A stretch of DNA of 64,000 nucleotides, from assembly GCA_951406725.2 (NCBI GenBank), contig OX597835.1, positions 47,430,001 through 47,494,000 of the forward strand. Direction: 5' to 3'. A program made the position numbers and the translations under genes. The notes under the pieces are model-generated. The model ran no database searches and was not told the DNA's origin. It worked only from the letters and a program-made list of their open reading frames with translations. Within the stretch, counting starts at the first letter, position 1; each line of letters begins with the position of its first letter. This document shows positions 43,515 to 58,579 of this stretch, piece after piece. Source of the DNA: Octopus vulgaris. Its lineage: Eukaryota.

Positions 43515-43715
43515 CTATATATACAGCTGAAATTTACAGAAAAACAAGAGACGGAGACAGGTGTATGAACAACAAACCGTTGTATTAGTTTGGAGCTCGG
43601 GAAAAATGAATAAGTCTTTTACATTTCGAGCCTATGCTCTTCAACAGAAAGGTATAAGAAAAAGTAAACGGGGAGAATAAAAACAAACTTGTGGATTTAG
43701 CGGTCAAGCATAGCC
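43515..43715 (-). mobile_element. Hammerhead cassette family H2
   Basis: Homologous to 53545-53728; hammerhead at 43616-43651: CUUU-CUGUUGA-A-GAGC-AUAG-GCUC-GAAAU-GU-A-AAAG. Confidence 0.7.
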
Positions 43716-43974
43716 ACTACACACACAAACACACACACACACACGCACACACACACATACGCACACAGACACAGACACAAACACGCACATACAAACACAC
43801 ACAAACAACATATATATGTACGTACACACATGTACATATGTGTGAGTGTGTGTTTTCGTTTGTTCCCCACCATTGCTTCACGACCGGTGTTGGTGAATTT
43901 ACATTCCCGTAATTTAGCGGTTCGATTGAATAAGCATCAGCCTTAAATAGAAAAACAATGACTCATTCAACAAA

Positions 43975-44163
43975 ATATTCTTTTCTACTCTAGGCACAAG
44001 GCCCGAAATTTTTGGGGAGGGCCCTGTCAATTAGATCGACCCCAGTACACAGGATGAAAGGCAAAGTCCACCTCGGCAGAATTTGAACTCAGAACGTAGC
44101 GGCAGACGAAATACCGCTAAGCATTTCGCCCGGTGTGCTAACGTTTCTACCAGCTTGCCCCCT
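43975..44163 (-). mobile_element. SINE family B (tail type 2) with an internal deletion
   Basis: TTCTTTTCTACTCTAGGCACAAGGCCCGAAATTTT...GAAATACCGCTAAGCATTTCGCCCGG. Confidence 0.85.
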
Positions 44164-44179
44164 TATATAACCAATAATA

Positions 44180-44927
44180 TTAACATATCCCGTGAGAGAA
44201 TCGAGAATAATCTGCATAGTGAACTTGGTATGACGAAGATTTCTGGTCGGTGGGCGCCGCATTTTTCGACACCTGATCAAAAGCGTACAAGGATGATCAC
44301 ATGGAAAATCTGGTTTGAGGCAGATTCAGCTGGTTTCGCTGAACGTTTCATAATCCAAGATGACGACTGTTGGGTTCATCCCTTTGAGCCAGAAACAAAG
44401 AGATAATCCATGCAGTGTAAGAAGGCCAAGGTCGTCTCATCTGCCGGGAATGTGATGACCTCAGTTTTTTGGGATGTAAAAGGCATTGTGTTTCTTGACT
44501 GTCCTCAAAAAAGGGCTCCACCTATAATGGAGAGTATTTTGCCAACTTGCAGAAGCAGTTACAAACGTTTACCCAGATCAAACGCCAGAAAACTGACGAA
44601 ACGGAATCTTTTTTCAACAGGACAATACTCCTGCACAGAAGTCCTTTCTTTCAACGGCTTTGATCCTGTTGATCCCCTATCCCTATTCTGATTTGACCCC
44701 ACCTGGCTGTCATCTGTTTCCACGCAGGAAAAAAAAAACTCACTCTTGGGAACCAGTACTACAGTGATTATGACGTCACATCTGCTGTTGATGCCTTTTT
44801 GACCAATAGGAAGAAAGCTGTTTCCCGAAGGGGATATTCAAGCAATGCAATACCGACGGAAGAAGTGTGTTGACCGCAATGGGAAAATAAACCTCATTTG
44901 GGAGAGTGTCTTGGTCAGCCTATGAAC
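44180..44927 (+). pseudogene. Mariner transposase fossil, 5'-truncated by the SINE
   Basis: LGMTKISGRWAPHF (WVPHEL motif), FIIQDDDCWVHPFEPETKR, KKAKVVSSAGNVMTSVFWDVKGIVFLD, PYSDLTPPGCHLFP, RRKKCVDRNG. Confidence 0.9.
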
Positions 44928-44930
44928 GGA

Positions 44931-44933
<3 letters not shown>

Positions 44934-45001
<68 letters not shown>

Positions 45002-45529
45002 GCATATATATTTAGACAGACATACACAGATGAATAAATAGATTGGCAAATAGATAAGTAGATATGTAGAAAGATAGGTAGGTAGAGAGATAGGGAAATA
45101 ATTAAACAGATAGACGAATAGATAGATTGATAAACAGAAAGAGAGACAGACAGATGGAGAGAAAGTAAAATTGATAGAAATAGAGACTGGTGGATAAATA
45201 GACAGGCAGACAGACAAGCAGAGAGATAGAAAGAAATATAAAGGGAGAGTTTGATAGACAGGTAAATAGATAGATGGACAGACGAGAGAATAGATAGAAG
45301 GACAGATAAACAGATAGATTGATAGGCAGATAGAAAGATAGATAGACAGATAAACGAGTATATATAGAGATAAACAGGTGGAAAGACGAATTAATAGAAG
45401 GATAGATAGGTAGATAGATAGATAAATAGACAGACAGGTAGATAGATAGATAGATAATTGGATAGGTAGAAAGATAAATAGATAGATAGATAGATAGATG
45501 GATAGATAGAAAGATAGATAGATGGATAA

Positions 45530-45562
<33 letters not shown>

Positions 45563-45690
45563 TGAATAGGTAGATAGATAGATAGATGGATAGATAGAAA
45601 GATAGACAGACAGATAGATAGATAGATAGATAGATAATTGAATAGGTAGATAGATAGATAGATGGATAGATAGATAGATAATTGGATAGG

Positions 45691-45766
<76 letters not shown>

Positions 45767-45820
45767 TGGATAGGTAGATAGATAGATAGATAAACAAAAA
45801 TAGACAGATAGATAGATTAA
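44934..45820. repeat. (GA)n followed by an about 800-bp degenerate (GATA)n array
   Basis: Visible directly; recurrent GATAATTG(G/A)ATAGGTAGA interruptions. Confidence 0.95.
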
Positions 45821-46234
45821 ACGCGGTCATTCGGAATCGGAGCAATATCATTCATTTTTACAAACCGACTTATATTTTCTTGATTTGTTTTTTTTTACTT
45901 CTTTATTATTTTATTTATCGTCGCCCTCTAGCGGCTGGTGGCGTAAACCTAAGCTCAATTGAGTGTTATTCTCTTGAGTGTTGAACCATCTTCCTCGTCT
46001 CCCCTCTTCCCCAGACTCTCACTCACTTAGCCTCTTACACTTGCCTTTCTTAAACTCAATTCTCCGTTCCTTCTCATTACAACATACTTGGCAATAGATA
46101 TTACAATCATTGTACATCATACCAACAACAACACCAACACCAACACCAACACCACTGTCACAATCACTACTACAATTATAGTTTTGGCCACACCGACGTC
46201 ACCAACAGCAGCAACATGACAATTAACACCACCA

Positions 46235-46302
<68 letters not shown>

Positions 46303-46487
46303 GTATATATATACATAGATATATATACATACATATATACATATATACATATATATATATGTATGTATGCATGTATGTATGTTTGTATATATATATATAT
46401 ATAATTATATATGTATGTATAAATATAAACATATATATATGTGTATATATATGTACATGTATAAATATGTATGTATATGTGTAAATA

Positions 46488-46535
<48 letters not shown>

Positions 46536-46795
46536 CATCTATATCTATTTATATATTTATACATGCGTACACCCTACACACCTTTGTCTGCGCTTATATA
46601 TATATATATATATATAGTACTAAATATATATACGCACGCACATGTCCGTACATGTGTATGTAGATAAAGGTTAGTTATTCTAATCTCCGCTCAGGAATAT
46701 CTCCGTTTTGTTCTTCCTGAATCTATCTTTATTATTTTCACCTAACCCACCGCTCTCCCACCCGTCTCTCCCGCTCTCTCTCCTTGTATGTATGA

Positions 46796-46910
<115 letters not shown>

Positions 46911-47409
46911 TATATATGTATGTATATGTATATATATATCTCCTTCAACTCTCACCTTGCCTCTGTCTTTCACTTTACACCGCATTCTCTCTGCGTACAT
47001 ACATATTTCTATATAAGAGATCGTATTAATGTGTTGTGTGTGTGTATGTGTGTGTGTGTGTGTGTGTTTCTATGGATTTATTCAGCGTAAAGCATGAGAA
47101 CCTCACATTTCTACGATTGAATATTATCATATCTGCCTGAATGCATACGTATATTTTGATATAGCCTGATTGTACATATGTTAATACACTCTCTTACATA
47201 CATACATACATACATACATACATGCATACATACATACATACATACATACATACATACATACATACATACATACATACATACATACATACATACATACACG
47301 CGTATGTAAATATATATTACCATTACTCTGTATGTATTTGTCAATCTTTGTCTCAATATCCATGTATGTAAGCATTTATATATACATATATATATATGTA
47401 TATATACGT

Positions 47410-47457
<48 letters not shown>

Positions 47458-47962
47458 ATATATATGTATGTATAAGTATGTATGGGTATATATGTAGATA
47501 TATATGTAGAGAGAGATATATAGATCCGTATCTATGCATGCATATATCTATACATATACACTTATCTATATACATATCCCGCACACATATCATGCTTACA
47601 TACATATACACACGCGCCGCACGCACACACACGCACACACACACACACATATGTATGACTTATGCTTTTATTCACTATCTGTACACATAAATACATGTCC
47701 ATCCATCCACCCGCTACTCTCTCTCTCTCTGATACACACACACACACACATACACACACGCATTGACAAACACCGTTTACATCCTGGCATCCCACCTTAC
47801 ACCGCATCCTCCCCCCCACCCCTCTACATGACAGAACACCACATCATTGCTCGCCTTATCTCAACACCGCACACACCCAGACCACCCACTTCCGCCACCA
47901 TTTACAGCATTCCCTGCGTATGTATATACGTATGTGTGTGTGTGAGTGTGTGTATATCTATC

Positions 47963-48009
<47 letters not shown>

Positions 48010-48108
48010 GTATACACGTGTATGCGAATGCGTAGGCATGAGTCTATGCGAATGTGCGTGCATGTGTGCTTCAGTTTGTGTGTGTGTGTGTGTGTGAGCG
48101 TGTGTGTT

Positions 48109-48158
<50 letters not shown>

Positions 48159-48798
48159 ACATTGAATAAACGAAGCGAGTGAGGTGACTTCAATTTCATA
48201 AATGAACAGAGTTTAGCAAAGTCGAGATTCCAATGACGACGTATGCGCGTGTGTATGCGTGTATGTGTATATGTAAGCGTATAACTGCACGTGTATATGA
48301 ATATGCATGCATGTGAATATGTATATGTGTGTGTGTATGAGTGTGTGTAAGTGTGTGTGTGTGTGTTTGTGGTGGCAGAGGGCAGCGTTTTTCTGTTGAT
48401 GAGATTGCTTTTTATTGGGTATTCCTATAACCATAAATTGCTGAAACGAAACAATATGGCACGGGCATTAACATCGACAATGTCCCCTTATGCGATACTC
48501 TTGGGTTTTACAAAATAAATGACATCTTTTAGTCACGCAGTTGAACTAAATGTTTTATTCAGACTCAACTCCATTATAACTGCCAGATCTGAGAGACCTG
48601 GGAAATACGAAAAGTGCTCGTTGCGTTAGCAATCGTGTTAGGAGCAAAATTGATGGTGCTTCTCTAGCTTACACGACGCAACTATATGCATTAAGGTGAC
48701 AGAAAATACGGTTTTTCAAGAACTATATTTTTAAATCCCAAAAGAGAAATTTTTTTTCTCTCTCTTCTTTATACCAATCTTCCTGCTATTCTTTTTCG

Positions 48799-48799
<1 letters not shown>

Positions 48800-48843
<44 letters not shown>

Positions 48844-48854
48844 CATTATTTTTA

Positions 48855-48925
<71 letters not shown>

Positions 48926-48929
48926 GTTG

Positions 48930-48981
<52 letters not shown>

Positions 48982-49018
48982 CATCATAATCATCATCATC
49001 ATCATCACCATCAAAATC

Positions 49019-49050
<32 letters not shown>

Positions 49051-49062
49051 CATCATCATTTA

Positions 49063-49099
<37 letters not shown>

Positions 49100-49148
49100 G
49101 ATACTGTTTCGTTTTGTTATCACTTGTTATATTCGTTTGTTCATGTCA

Positions 49149-49207
<59 letters not shown>

Positions 49208-49270
49208 GTTGTTGTTGTTGTTGTTGTTGTTGTTATTAATAATATTATTGTGATTATTATTGTTGTTGTG
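48800..49270. repeat. (ATT)n/(ATC)n/(GTT)n compound microsatellite
   Basis: Visible directly in the sequence. Confidence 0.95.
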
Positions 49271-49488
49271 GTAGCGAAGGTGGTGGTAGCGACGGCAGCA
49301 GTGGCTCTGTTTGCGCTGGTGGTGGCGAGGGTGATGGCGGCGTTGCTATTGCCTTTCGCTTTCGTGAATTCACTGCATAGATACTGCTATAAACTTCAGC
49401 TTATTCGCCGAACTGCACCGTTTTACGAGCCCTTCTCTTTTACACGCTCATAAAGCTTTATATTACACACATATATAGGTAATATATG

Positions 49489-49589
<101 letters not shown>

Positions 49590-49697
49590 ATATGTATATA
49601 TGTGTATGCATGTATAAATATTTAGCTTATATATATGATTAAAACTACATATACATATATGCATTATTGTGCGAATGTGTGTATGTGGCGTTTATGA

Positions 49698-49749
<52 letters not shown>

Positions 49750-49878
49750 GTGTGTGTTTGTGTGTGTGTGTGTACGTTTTGGATTTCTAAGTTGGTAACA
49801 ACGAATCTTTTATTCCATTCTTAAACGATGTACATATGCTGAAAGATGTATGTATGTAAGTACATACACGCATACAAG

Positions 49879-49954
<76 letters not shown>

Positions 49955-50119
49955 TAGAAGTATATATATATGTGTCTGTATTGTGTATGTTTATATATAT
50001 ATATATATATATATATACATACACATACATAGATGCATGCATATAACATATATTTGCATATGATGAGATATAATGCATTAACTATGTATGTATATATATA
50101 TACACATACATACACACAC

Positions 50120-50209
<90 letters not shown>

Positions 50210-50302
50210 TATATAAATACATAATAGATAGATAGATACATACATACATACCTGCATATAATATATATCTGCATATGATGAAATATAATGCATTAGCTAA
50301 AT

Positions 50303-50335
<33 letters not shown>

Positions 50336-50897
50336 CACACACTCATAAACACACACATATATATATATATACACACCTAGATATGATACATATATATATA
50401 GAGAGGAAACAATGCAAGCCCATACACGTCATACATGCATGCATACGTGCATCGATATACATTCTATCGCAGATGTGCATTTCCTATGCTTATGCACACT
50501 TATATATGCAATCCACAAAACTAAGTATACACACACACACACACACACATATATCCACATGCCGTATGTGTGTGCGTGTGGGGTGTGTATGTGCGTGTGA
50601 GGTGTGTGGTGTGTGTGTGCTTGTCCATGGAAAAATTAAATAAATGTGTATATAAGAATATAGTTTATAAATACATATATGTTTAGGTTCCTCGTTATAT
50701 ATACTCCTCCTGCAACTCTTGCTCCTCCTCGAACTTTCTGTCCTCCACCCCGCCACCACTCCACCGCACCGCATCAACATTCATCTCATCATTTTCATGG
50801 TGAACAGATTTATGTGTATAAATTTATGTGTGAAAGTGTGTACACAAATTCGGGCATAAAAAATAAGCAGAGATAAACATGTAGATAGGTTAAATTT

Positions 50898-50957
<60 letters not shown>

Positions 50958-51031
50958 GTGTGTATATATATATGTATATATAATATTTATTATATGTTAT
51001 ACATATCTAGCATATATTCATATATGAGCGA

Positions 51032-51082
<51 letters not shown>

Positions 51083-51241
51083 AATGCATCTATGTGTATA
51101 TGTGTATATATATATATACAAATACATTTATGTGTATATGTATATGTGTGTATATATATAGACATATATATATAAGCAGGTACGTAATTACATATATATA
51201 TTGCTCTACCTTTACATATATTTATAGACTTAGTATATGTT

Positions 51242-51288
<47 letters not shown>

Positions 51289-51480
51289 CATGCATACATA
51301 CATACGTATATACATATATATATATACACACACACAGAAGAAAATATATTTTATACTTATATATTCATAACGCAACAGCGCACACGCATATACACATACA
51401 TGTCCATATACATACACTCAAATACACACACACACAAACACGTACACAATCATACACACACATAATCCACCCCACACACA

Positions 51481-51534
<54 letters not shown>

Positions 51535-51593
51535 GTATAAACGCGCAACTGTGACTATAGGTGTGTGTGTATATATCATATATATATATTCAT

Positions 51594-51638
<45 letters not shown>

Positions 51639-51729
51639 CATATATATGCATATACATGCATATATATATTATGTACACATGTAAACTTATATGTAAACTA
51701 ATAATGTACACATATCTAAGTATACACAG

Positions 51730-51810
<81 letters not shown>

Positions 51811-51816
51811 CACACA

Positions 51817-51892
<76 letters not shown>

Positions 51893-52267
51893 CATATATA
51901 TGTACACATACACCTGTATCTCTATAAAAGCTCTATCCAGGCAGAATAACTAAGATTTTATATATATTGACTTTCATAATTAAATTGCTCAATATTCCAA
52001 AATAATATTTCTTTCGCATTTAGCTTCCTTATTCACTTCTTTTATTTCTTCCCATATTATTTTCTTCTCTTTATTTTTTTTTATTTATTTATTTATCTAT
52101 TTTCGGGGTGGGGGTGGGGGCACTCGGTTTCATTTCTTTCTTTCCTTCTTTCTGTCTTCGTTTTCATTATTTCCTTCTTTTTCTTTCTCTTCCTTTGTCA
52201 CCCTTTATATTTTCACGACATATTACTTTCCTTATACTGCTTAGAAAAAAGGTATATATACATATAT

Positions 52268-52322
<55 letters not shown>

Positions 52323-52621
52323 TATATATACATGTATGTATGTATATATATATATACATGTACAAATATATATAAGAACATACATACATATATGCATATA
52401 TATACATATATACATTTATATATATTAATAGAAAATATTAATAATAAAAAGTAATGTGATAATAGTGATGATAATAATAATCATATAACAACAATAAAAC
52501 AACAACAATAATAACAGCAACAAGAAACATTGTTAGTGAAATGGTTTTGGCTTACACACGTAACACCTATATACAAACGTACACACTTACACATACAATC
52601 ATACATATATACATGCATACA

Positions 52622-52689
<68 letters not shown>

Positions 52690-52729
52690 TGTATGCACAC
52701 ACATAAACATGCATACAGACGCACATATA

Positions 52730-52778
<49 letters not shown>

Positions 52779-53544
52779 CTATATAATGTATATATTCTAT
52801 ACATATGTATATGTCAGTGTGGGTATGGGTGTGTATATGGGTTCAGTGATACCCTGATATACATAGGCGCACACATACACATATATGCATATGTTTTATG
52901 CATATCTGTTTGTGTGTTTATATTTCAATGTAGAAGCTGTCAGCACATGAAATGCATACAACCAGAGGTGCGATACAGACGTGTGTGCGCATGCACGCGT
53001 GTACACCAATCACAGAAGTTTACACACTCACATTTATACGCAGATAAAAGGGAAAATGAATATCTCACTCTATACCCAAGTTATTCAGATATTGTAATAG
53101 CAAAGGCTGTTGTATACACACACACACATATATATATATATATGCACACACATGTTGTGCGTATAAGTTTACAGACGTGTATGTATAAAAAATTTTTTTT
53201 GGTGACAGAATGATGATATGGGCTGCCTCTCCTTTTCTCACTTCTCCTCACTCCTTATTAGTAAAAAAAGTCCTCCTCATCATCATCACCATGCGCATGC
53301 TCCTTCCCCTGTTCGCCATGATCTGCATGATAATGGTGATGATCATCAGTACCACCTACTCCCATCACAACTGCGGTCACTGCCGCCGCCGCCGCCGCCG
53401 CCGCCACCACCACCACCACCACCACCAACACCACCGCCATCACCAAAACCACCACCACCACCACCATTATGATAATGATGATGATAATTATCCTCATCAT
53501 TGGTAGTATCCTAATTGGGATATCCTAATATATCCAGTCGCCAT

Positions 53545-53725
53545 GATAGATCGGTAGTCACTGCACACATTTTTTCTCTCTCCTTGTTTCTTTCTGTGTC
53601 CCTTTCTGTAGAAGAGCGTAGGCTCGAAACGTAAAAGACTTTTTCTATTCCCGAGCTTTATACTAATACATCTGTTTGTTTTCTACACCACCTATCTTTG
53701 TCTTTTGTTTTTCTCGTGAATTCTC

Positions 53726-53728
<3 letters not shown>
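53545..53728 (+). mobile_element. Hammerhead cassette family H2, ending in (TA)n
   Basis: Hammerhead at 53602-53637: CUUU-CUGUAGA-A-GAGC-GUAG-GCUC-GAAAC-GU-A-AAAG. Confidence 0.75.
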
Positions 53729-53797
<69 letters not shown>

Positions 53798-53800
<3 letters not shown>

Positions 53801-54009
53801 AATATGTTACATTACTCGATAGTCAAGATAAAACTCTGAGTTTCAGATGCCGAAGTGGAAATCCACAACACCATCTCCTCGGTTATCTGGCTGTTTGAAA
53901 ACGGTTTTCAAACAGCCAGATAACCGAGGAGATGGTGTTGTGGATTTCCCACTTCGGCATCTGAAACTCAGAGTTTTATCTTGACTATCGAGTAATGTAA
54001 CATATTATT
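53798..54009. repeat. Near-perfect 212-bp palindrome between (TA)n runs, with a hammerhead motif in each arm
   Basis: Centre TGAAAAC-G-GTTTTCA; arms differ by one extra C; plus 53918-53981 AGAUAA-CCGAGGA-GAUG..CAUC-U-GAAACUC-A-GAGU-U-UUAUCU; mirror on minus 53826-53888. Confidence 0.92.
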
Positions 54010-54077
54010 TTATAGATAAATTTCCTCTATTTACATAATATTGAGGTTTTTTTTTCTTTTGTTATCTTACCGTTTTA

Positions 54078-54141
<64 letters not shown>

Positions 54142-54212
54142 AGCTTAGATAATACATCGCGATAGGGGAACCGCGATATAGCCAGGGAGAGAAATATATA
54201 TATATATATATA

Positions 54213-54487
54213 TAGAAATTTCACTGATATTGTCGATTCCTCCGTAGTGTTGTTTTGCGTTTATAATAATATATATACAAATAATAAAAATAATTAAAAA
54301 TATACATACAGTACCGTTTCTATTTCACGGATTTTCACCTATTGTGTGTGTGTATGGGGGATTACTGCATGTTATATACATACACACGCACACACACACA
54401 CACACACATATATATGTATCTACATCTATACATTTATCTTTCTCTACACGCACACACAGGCACATATATATATCAGTGAAATTTCTA
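54213..54487. repeat. Segment bounded by a perfect 18-bp inverted repeat
   Basis: TAGAAATTTCACTGATAT (54213-54230) and ATATCAGTGAAATTTCTA (54470-54487). Confidence 0.65.
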
Positions 54488-54538
54488 CTTTAGTTTCACT
54501 ACCTTCCCTGGTAAGTACCTCTTCCCATGGTGCAGTCC

Positions 54539-54591
<53 letters not shown>

Positions 54592-54657
54592 TAAGTGTGT
54601 GTGTGCGTATATATATATATATGTATATATGTATATATGTATAATTGTATATATGTA

Positions 54658-54763
<106 letters not shown>

Positions 54764-54859
54764 CATATACATATATCATATATATGCATATATATATTTG
54801 TGTGTGCGTGCGTGTGTGTATGGTGTATGTGTGTATTCGTATATAAATAAACATAGATG

Positions 54860-55330
54860 CTGAACAAATGCTTAGAAGGTTGTGGACCAGAAGCAACTTC
54901 ATTCTCTGCCTGCAAACTGAAAGTAGTTCTGTCTGCTTATCGTTAGTATAATTTTGTTTATGTGTGTGATATACATCCCAATCAAATATAACTTTCCCTG
55001 TCTGAGATATATCTGTAGCTATCATCAAACTCATCCTTATAAATTTACCATATGATCTTTGAGATTGATATGGTATTTCTTTGAGACAGTATTTGAAGAT
55101 GTGCGCGTGTTGTTATAGTCTGCTCTTAAATGAGTTTTCTGTTAAGCGGATGTATCATACAGTACTGACTTTTATTTCTTGTTTTCAGTTGTAGTGTCCA
55201 GATATACGTTACAGTAATTATCCAAGGGATACGACGCTATGAGCATGCGAATTGCGAAAGAAATATTAAGGGAAGTTTACCGGCATTGCATCTTAGATAG
55301 CAATTCCTTTTAATAGGATTCAAATGGTGC
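54860..55330 (-). pseudogene. Penelope-like GIY-YIG endonuclease fragment, decayed
   Basis: [21 protein letters not shown] (YIG.TE..FK.R...H motif) and [17 protein letters not shown] (C-terminal CRH.NKFLL-like). Confidence 0.7.
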
Positions 55331-55387
55331 TATCACACTGGATGCTATCACAACGGAAAGACCTCGTGTTTAATATTAAATATTACT

Positions 55388-55760
55388 CGAGCTGGTGAAA
55401 TCGTTACCACGCCGGGCGAAATGCTAAGCGGTATTTCGTCTGCCGTTACGTTGTGAGTTCAAATTCCGCCGAGGTCGACTTTGCCTTTCATCCTTTCGGG
55501 GTCGATAAATTAAGTACCAGTTACGCACTGGGGTCGATGTAATCGACTTAATACTTATGTCTATCCTTGTTTGTCCCCTCTGTGTTTAGCCCCTTGTGGG
55601 TAATAAAGAAATACGTATATCGCCCGTCGCTACGTTCTAAGTTCAAATTGCTTTTCTTCTCTTTGGGGCTGATAAAATAAGCACCAGTCGAGCCCTGAGG
55701 TGGATGTAATCGACTTATCTCTCCCCATGGAGTTGTTGACCTTGTGGCAAAATTGAAATG
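55388..55760 (+). mobile_element. SINE family B (tail type 1) followed by an older, decayed family B remnant
   Basis: GAGCTGGTGAAATCGTTACCACGCCGGGCG...GCCCCTTGTGGGTAATAAAGAAAT, then CGTCGCTACGTTCTAAGTTCAAATT. Confidence 0.85.
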
Positions 55761-56367
55761 AAATATTACTTCAAATCTAATCTTGTATTGCAGTGAATTA
55801 TAAAACTTTTTTTTATATCCAACAGCTTGCAAAGGAGAAACAGCAGCTAAATCTGCCTCAAACTCCACCCAACTATCTTATGAAAGTGAACACATTATAA
55901 AAGGAAAAAAAAACTATTCATGGGTGCTTTGTACCTTAATAAAGACAGATATGTCTTAAGCAAACACAACGCATGGACATCATTGATCATAAGCCTGTTA
56001 CATAGAGACTTACTTGATCCTAAACAACAATAACAGTTATGGTGTTTGAGTTTTGCTAAAGAATTATACAAACTCTGAGTGAAACACGCCTCATAGGTCA
56101 ATATGTTCCTAACTGAAATATCTCGTAGAAACTGAAATGTGTTAGCTTCCAATAAAACTCTAGAAATATACTGAAGTGTGTCACGCACCGTCTTCCTCTT
56201 AGTTTCTCCATTTTTAATTGTCCGCACATTTTTGTTTATAAACATTGTGTCAGTCACATAAACACGTACACACACATATGCATACAAACACACGCGCACA
56301 CACGCACACACACATACGTACATACATACATACATACATACATACATACATACATACATACATACAA

Positions 56368-56549
56368 ACAAGCTCGCTTCCCAATCACATGATTCTGAAT
56401 TCTGATCCACTGTGTCACCCCACGGGCAAGTGTCTTCTGCTGCAACCTGAGGCCGAGCAAAGCCTTGTGAGTGGATTTGGTAGGCAGAAACTGAAAGAAG
56501 CCCGTCGTATAAATGAATCTCTGTAAATATCTATCTATGCATGTGTGTC

Positions 56550-56618
<69 letters not shown>

Positions 56619-56785
56619 TTAGTGATAGAGGTATATGTGTGTATCTTTGTATTCTGCGTTTGTTCTTCCCCATCACCGCTTGACAACCGTTGTTGGTGTG
56701 TTACATCCCCGTAACTTAACGGTTCGGCCTAAGACATCCATAAGTACTTAGCTTAAATAATAAATCCTTGGGTCGATTTATTCGA
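56368..56785 (+). mobile_element. SINE family A with internal (TG)n
   Basis: GGGCAAGTGTCTTCTGC...GAAAGAAGCCCGTCG...CGCTTGACAACCG...TAACTTAACGGTTCGG. Confidence 0.8.
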
Positions 56786-57360
56786 TATGAAGGATCGGTC
56801 ATCAGCGACACGCTGAAGGAGATCTTGACAGACTTCGAGCGATGTTCTTTCCGCTCGGTGGTCAGCAGACAGAGGACAAACTTGTCAGAGACATGCTGCA
56901 TCTTCAATTCAGACTGTCTGCACGGACCTATACGACAGACCAACAACAGCAATGCCACTGATTGTCCTACGACGATCCCCATGCACAAGCTGATGAATGT
57001 TCTCTCCCCTTCCGGGGTTGACGCTCGAAGCAAGTCTTCCAGATCGTTCATCGTCATCCAGGGACTTATTCCGCTTTTGAAGCGCCCTTGCCACTCTCAA
57101 CATTGCGCACGACTCATTGCGTCGTCGTCGTAAGCTGGCCAAAGCATGCTCCATGTCTCTTTAGAACACTTCCCATGTTTAATGCAAAATTTGTTTCAAA
57201 TTTCTGTCCATCACAAAATCGCAGACTGCAGCATACATGTGATCACAAAAGCACAAAGTAAACACAGCAATGTCACTCGGCACACTGCCCCATGAAGATC
57301 ACTATTAACTCTCACTGCGCACGCAACCATGTGCTGCCATTTGTTGGCGCGCGTGAACTT
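56778..57360 (-). pseudogene. Mariner transposase 5' half fossil
   Basis: CIKHGKCSKETWSMLWPAYDDDAMSRAQC*EWQGRFKSG, SLDDDERSGR, IHQLVHGDRRRTI, LKMQHVSDKFVLCLL (HTH region to the FVP motif). Confidence 0.85.
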
Positions 57361-57521
57361 GTATGTATGTATGTATGTATGTATGTATGTATGTATGTAT
57401 GTATGTATGTATGTATGTATGTATGTATGTATGTATATATATATATATATAAATATATGCATATATACATACATACATATATGTACATACCTACATCTAT
57501 ATGTATATATACATGCACATA

Positions 57522-57835
57522 TGGGTACAGGACATCAAAAAAACGTTGAACACAATGAGAAATGAAAACATAAAAACAAAAACATAGAAACGAACTTATT
57601 TTTGAAACAACGAAAAAACAGAGTACAAGACATACAACACAAGGAATATTCCCCTTCTTCAGTTGTCCCTGCTTCGTCTACTCCGCCTTTTCGAATGTAA
57701 GGACAAGACGCGACCTCGTTTGAACAGTCCTTCCCGCAAAGCAAATTAAATAAAATTTGAGATTTTTTGCGGAGGGGTAAAAGTGGTAACAAGAACAGGA
57801 CAGTGAGGACAATAAAAGTAAAAACAGCAAAAACC

Positions 57836-57838
<3 letters not shown>
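57522..57838. mobile_element. Unclassified non-coding island abutting (TA)n, probably a repeat
   Basis: Same context as the hammerhead cassettes; only a partial CUGAAGA-hairpin on the minus strand. Confidence 0.3.
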
Positions 57839-57895
<57 letters not shown>

Positions 57896-57998
57896 ACATA
57901 TATATATATATATGTATTCGTATATATATATATGTATTCGTATATATATATATGTATATATTGTATATATATATATATGTATATATATATATGTATAT

Positions 57999-58035
<37 letters not shown>

Positions 58036-58579
58036 CGAATACATACACACACACAAACACGAACACACACACACATATACATTTACATATATATATATAT
58101 TTCTTGCCTCGTAACTATGTCCTCCTCTCTCCTTCCATCTCGGTCTTTAACACTTGAACTCCTTCCTCTCTGCATCAGTTCTACTTGCTTTCGCTGTCAT
58201 CTTTCCCTCCCTCTTCACTTCTCATATTTCTCCGACTTCCTGTTTTCCTCCTCCTCCTCCGCTCCTCCAATTTTATCTCACTCTCATTTCCTCTTACTCT
58301 TACTCCTTCCGCAACCACAACCACCACCTCCTTCGGTATTTCTTCTGTTCTCCCTTCTCTTATCTCTATTTTCTTCATCTCTTTCCATCACAACCGCAAC
58401 CACCAACATTATCATCATCATCATCACCATCATCAATGCTACCACCACTTCCACGACCATCACCACCACAACCACCACCAACGCCGCCACCGCTACCACC
58501 ACCACTCCACCTAAGTCAACCACCACACCACCTAAGACACCATTGCCACCACCACCACCACTACCACCAGCAGCAGCAG

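Noticed and set aside
57640-57740. Hammerhead on the minus strand (CUGAAGA-AGGGG..CCUU)
   Set aside because: No GAAA follows stem II and no stem I or III can be assigned.
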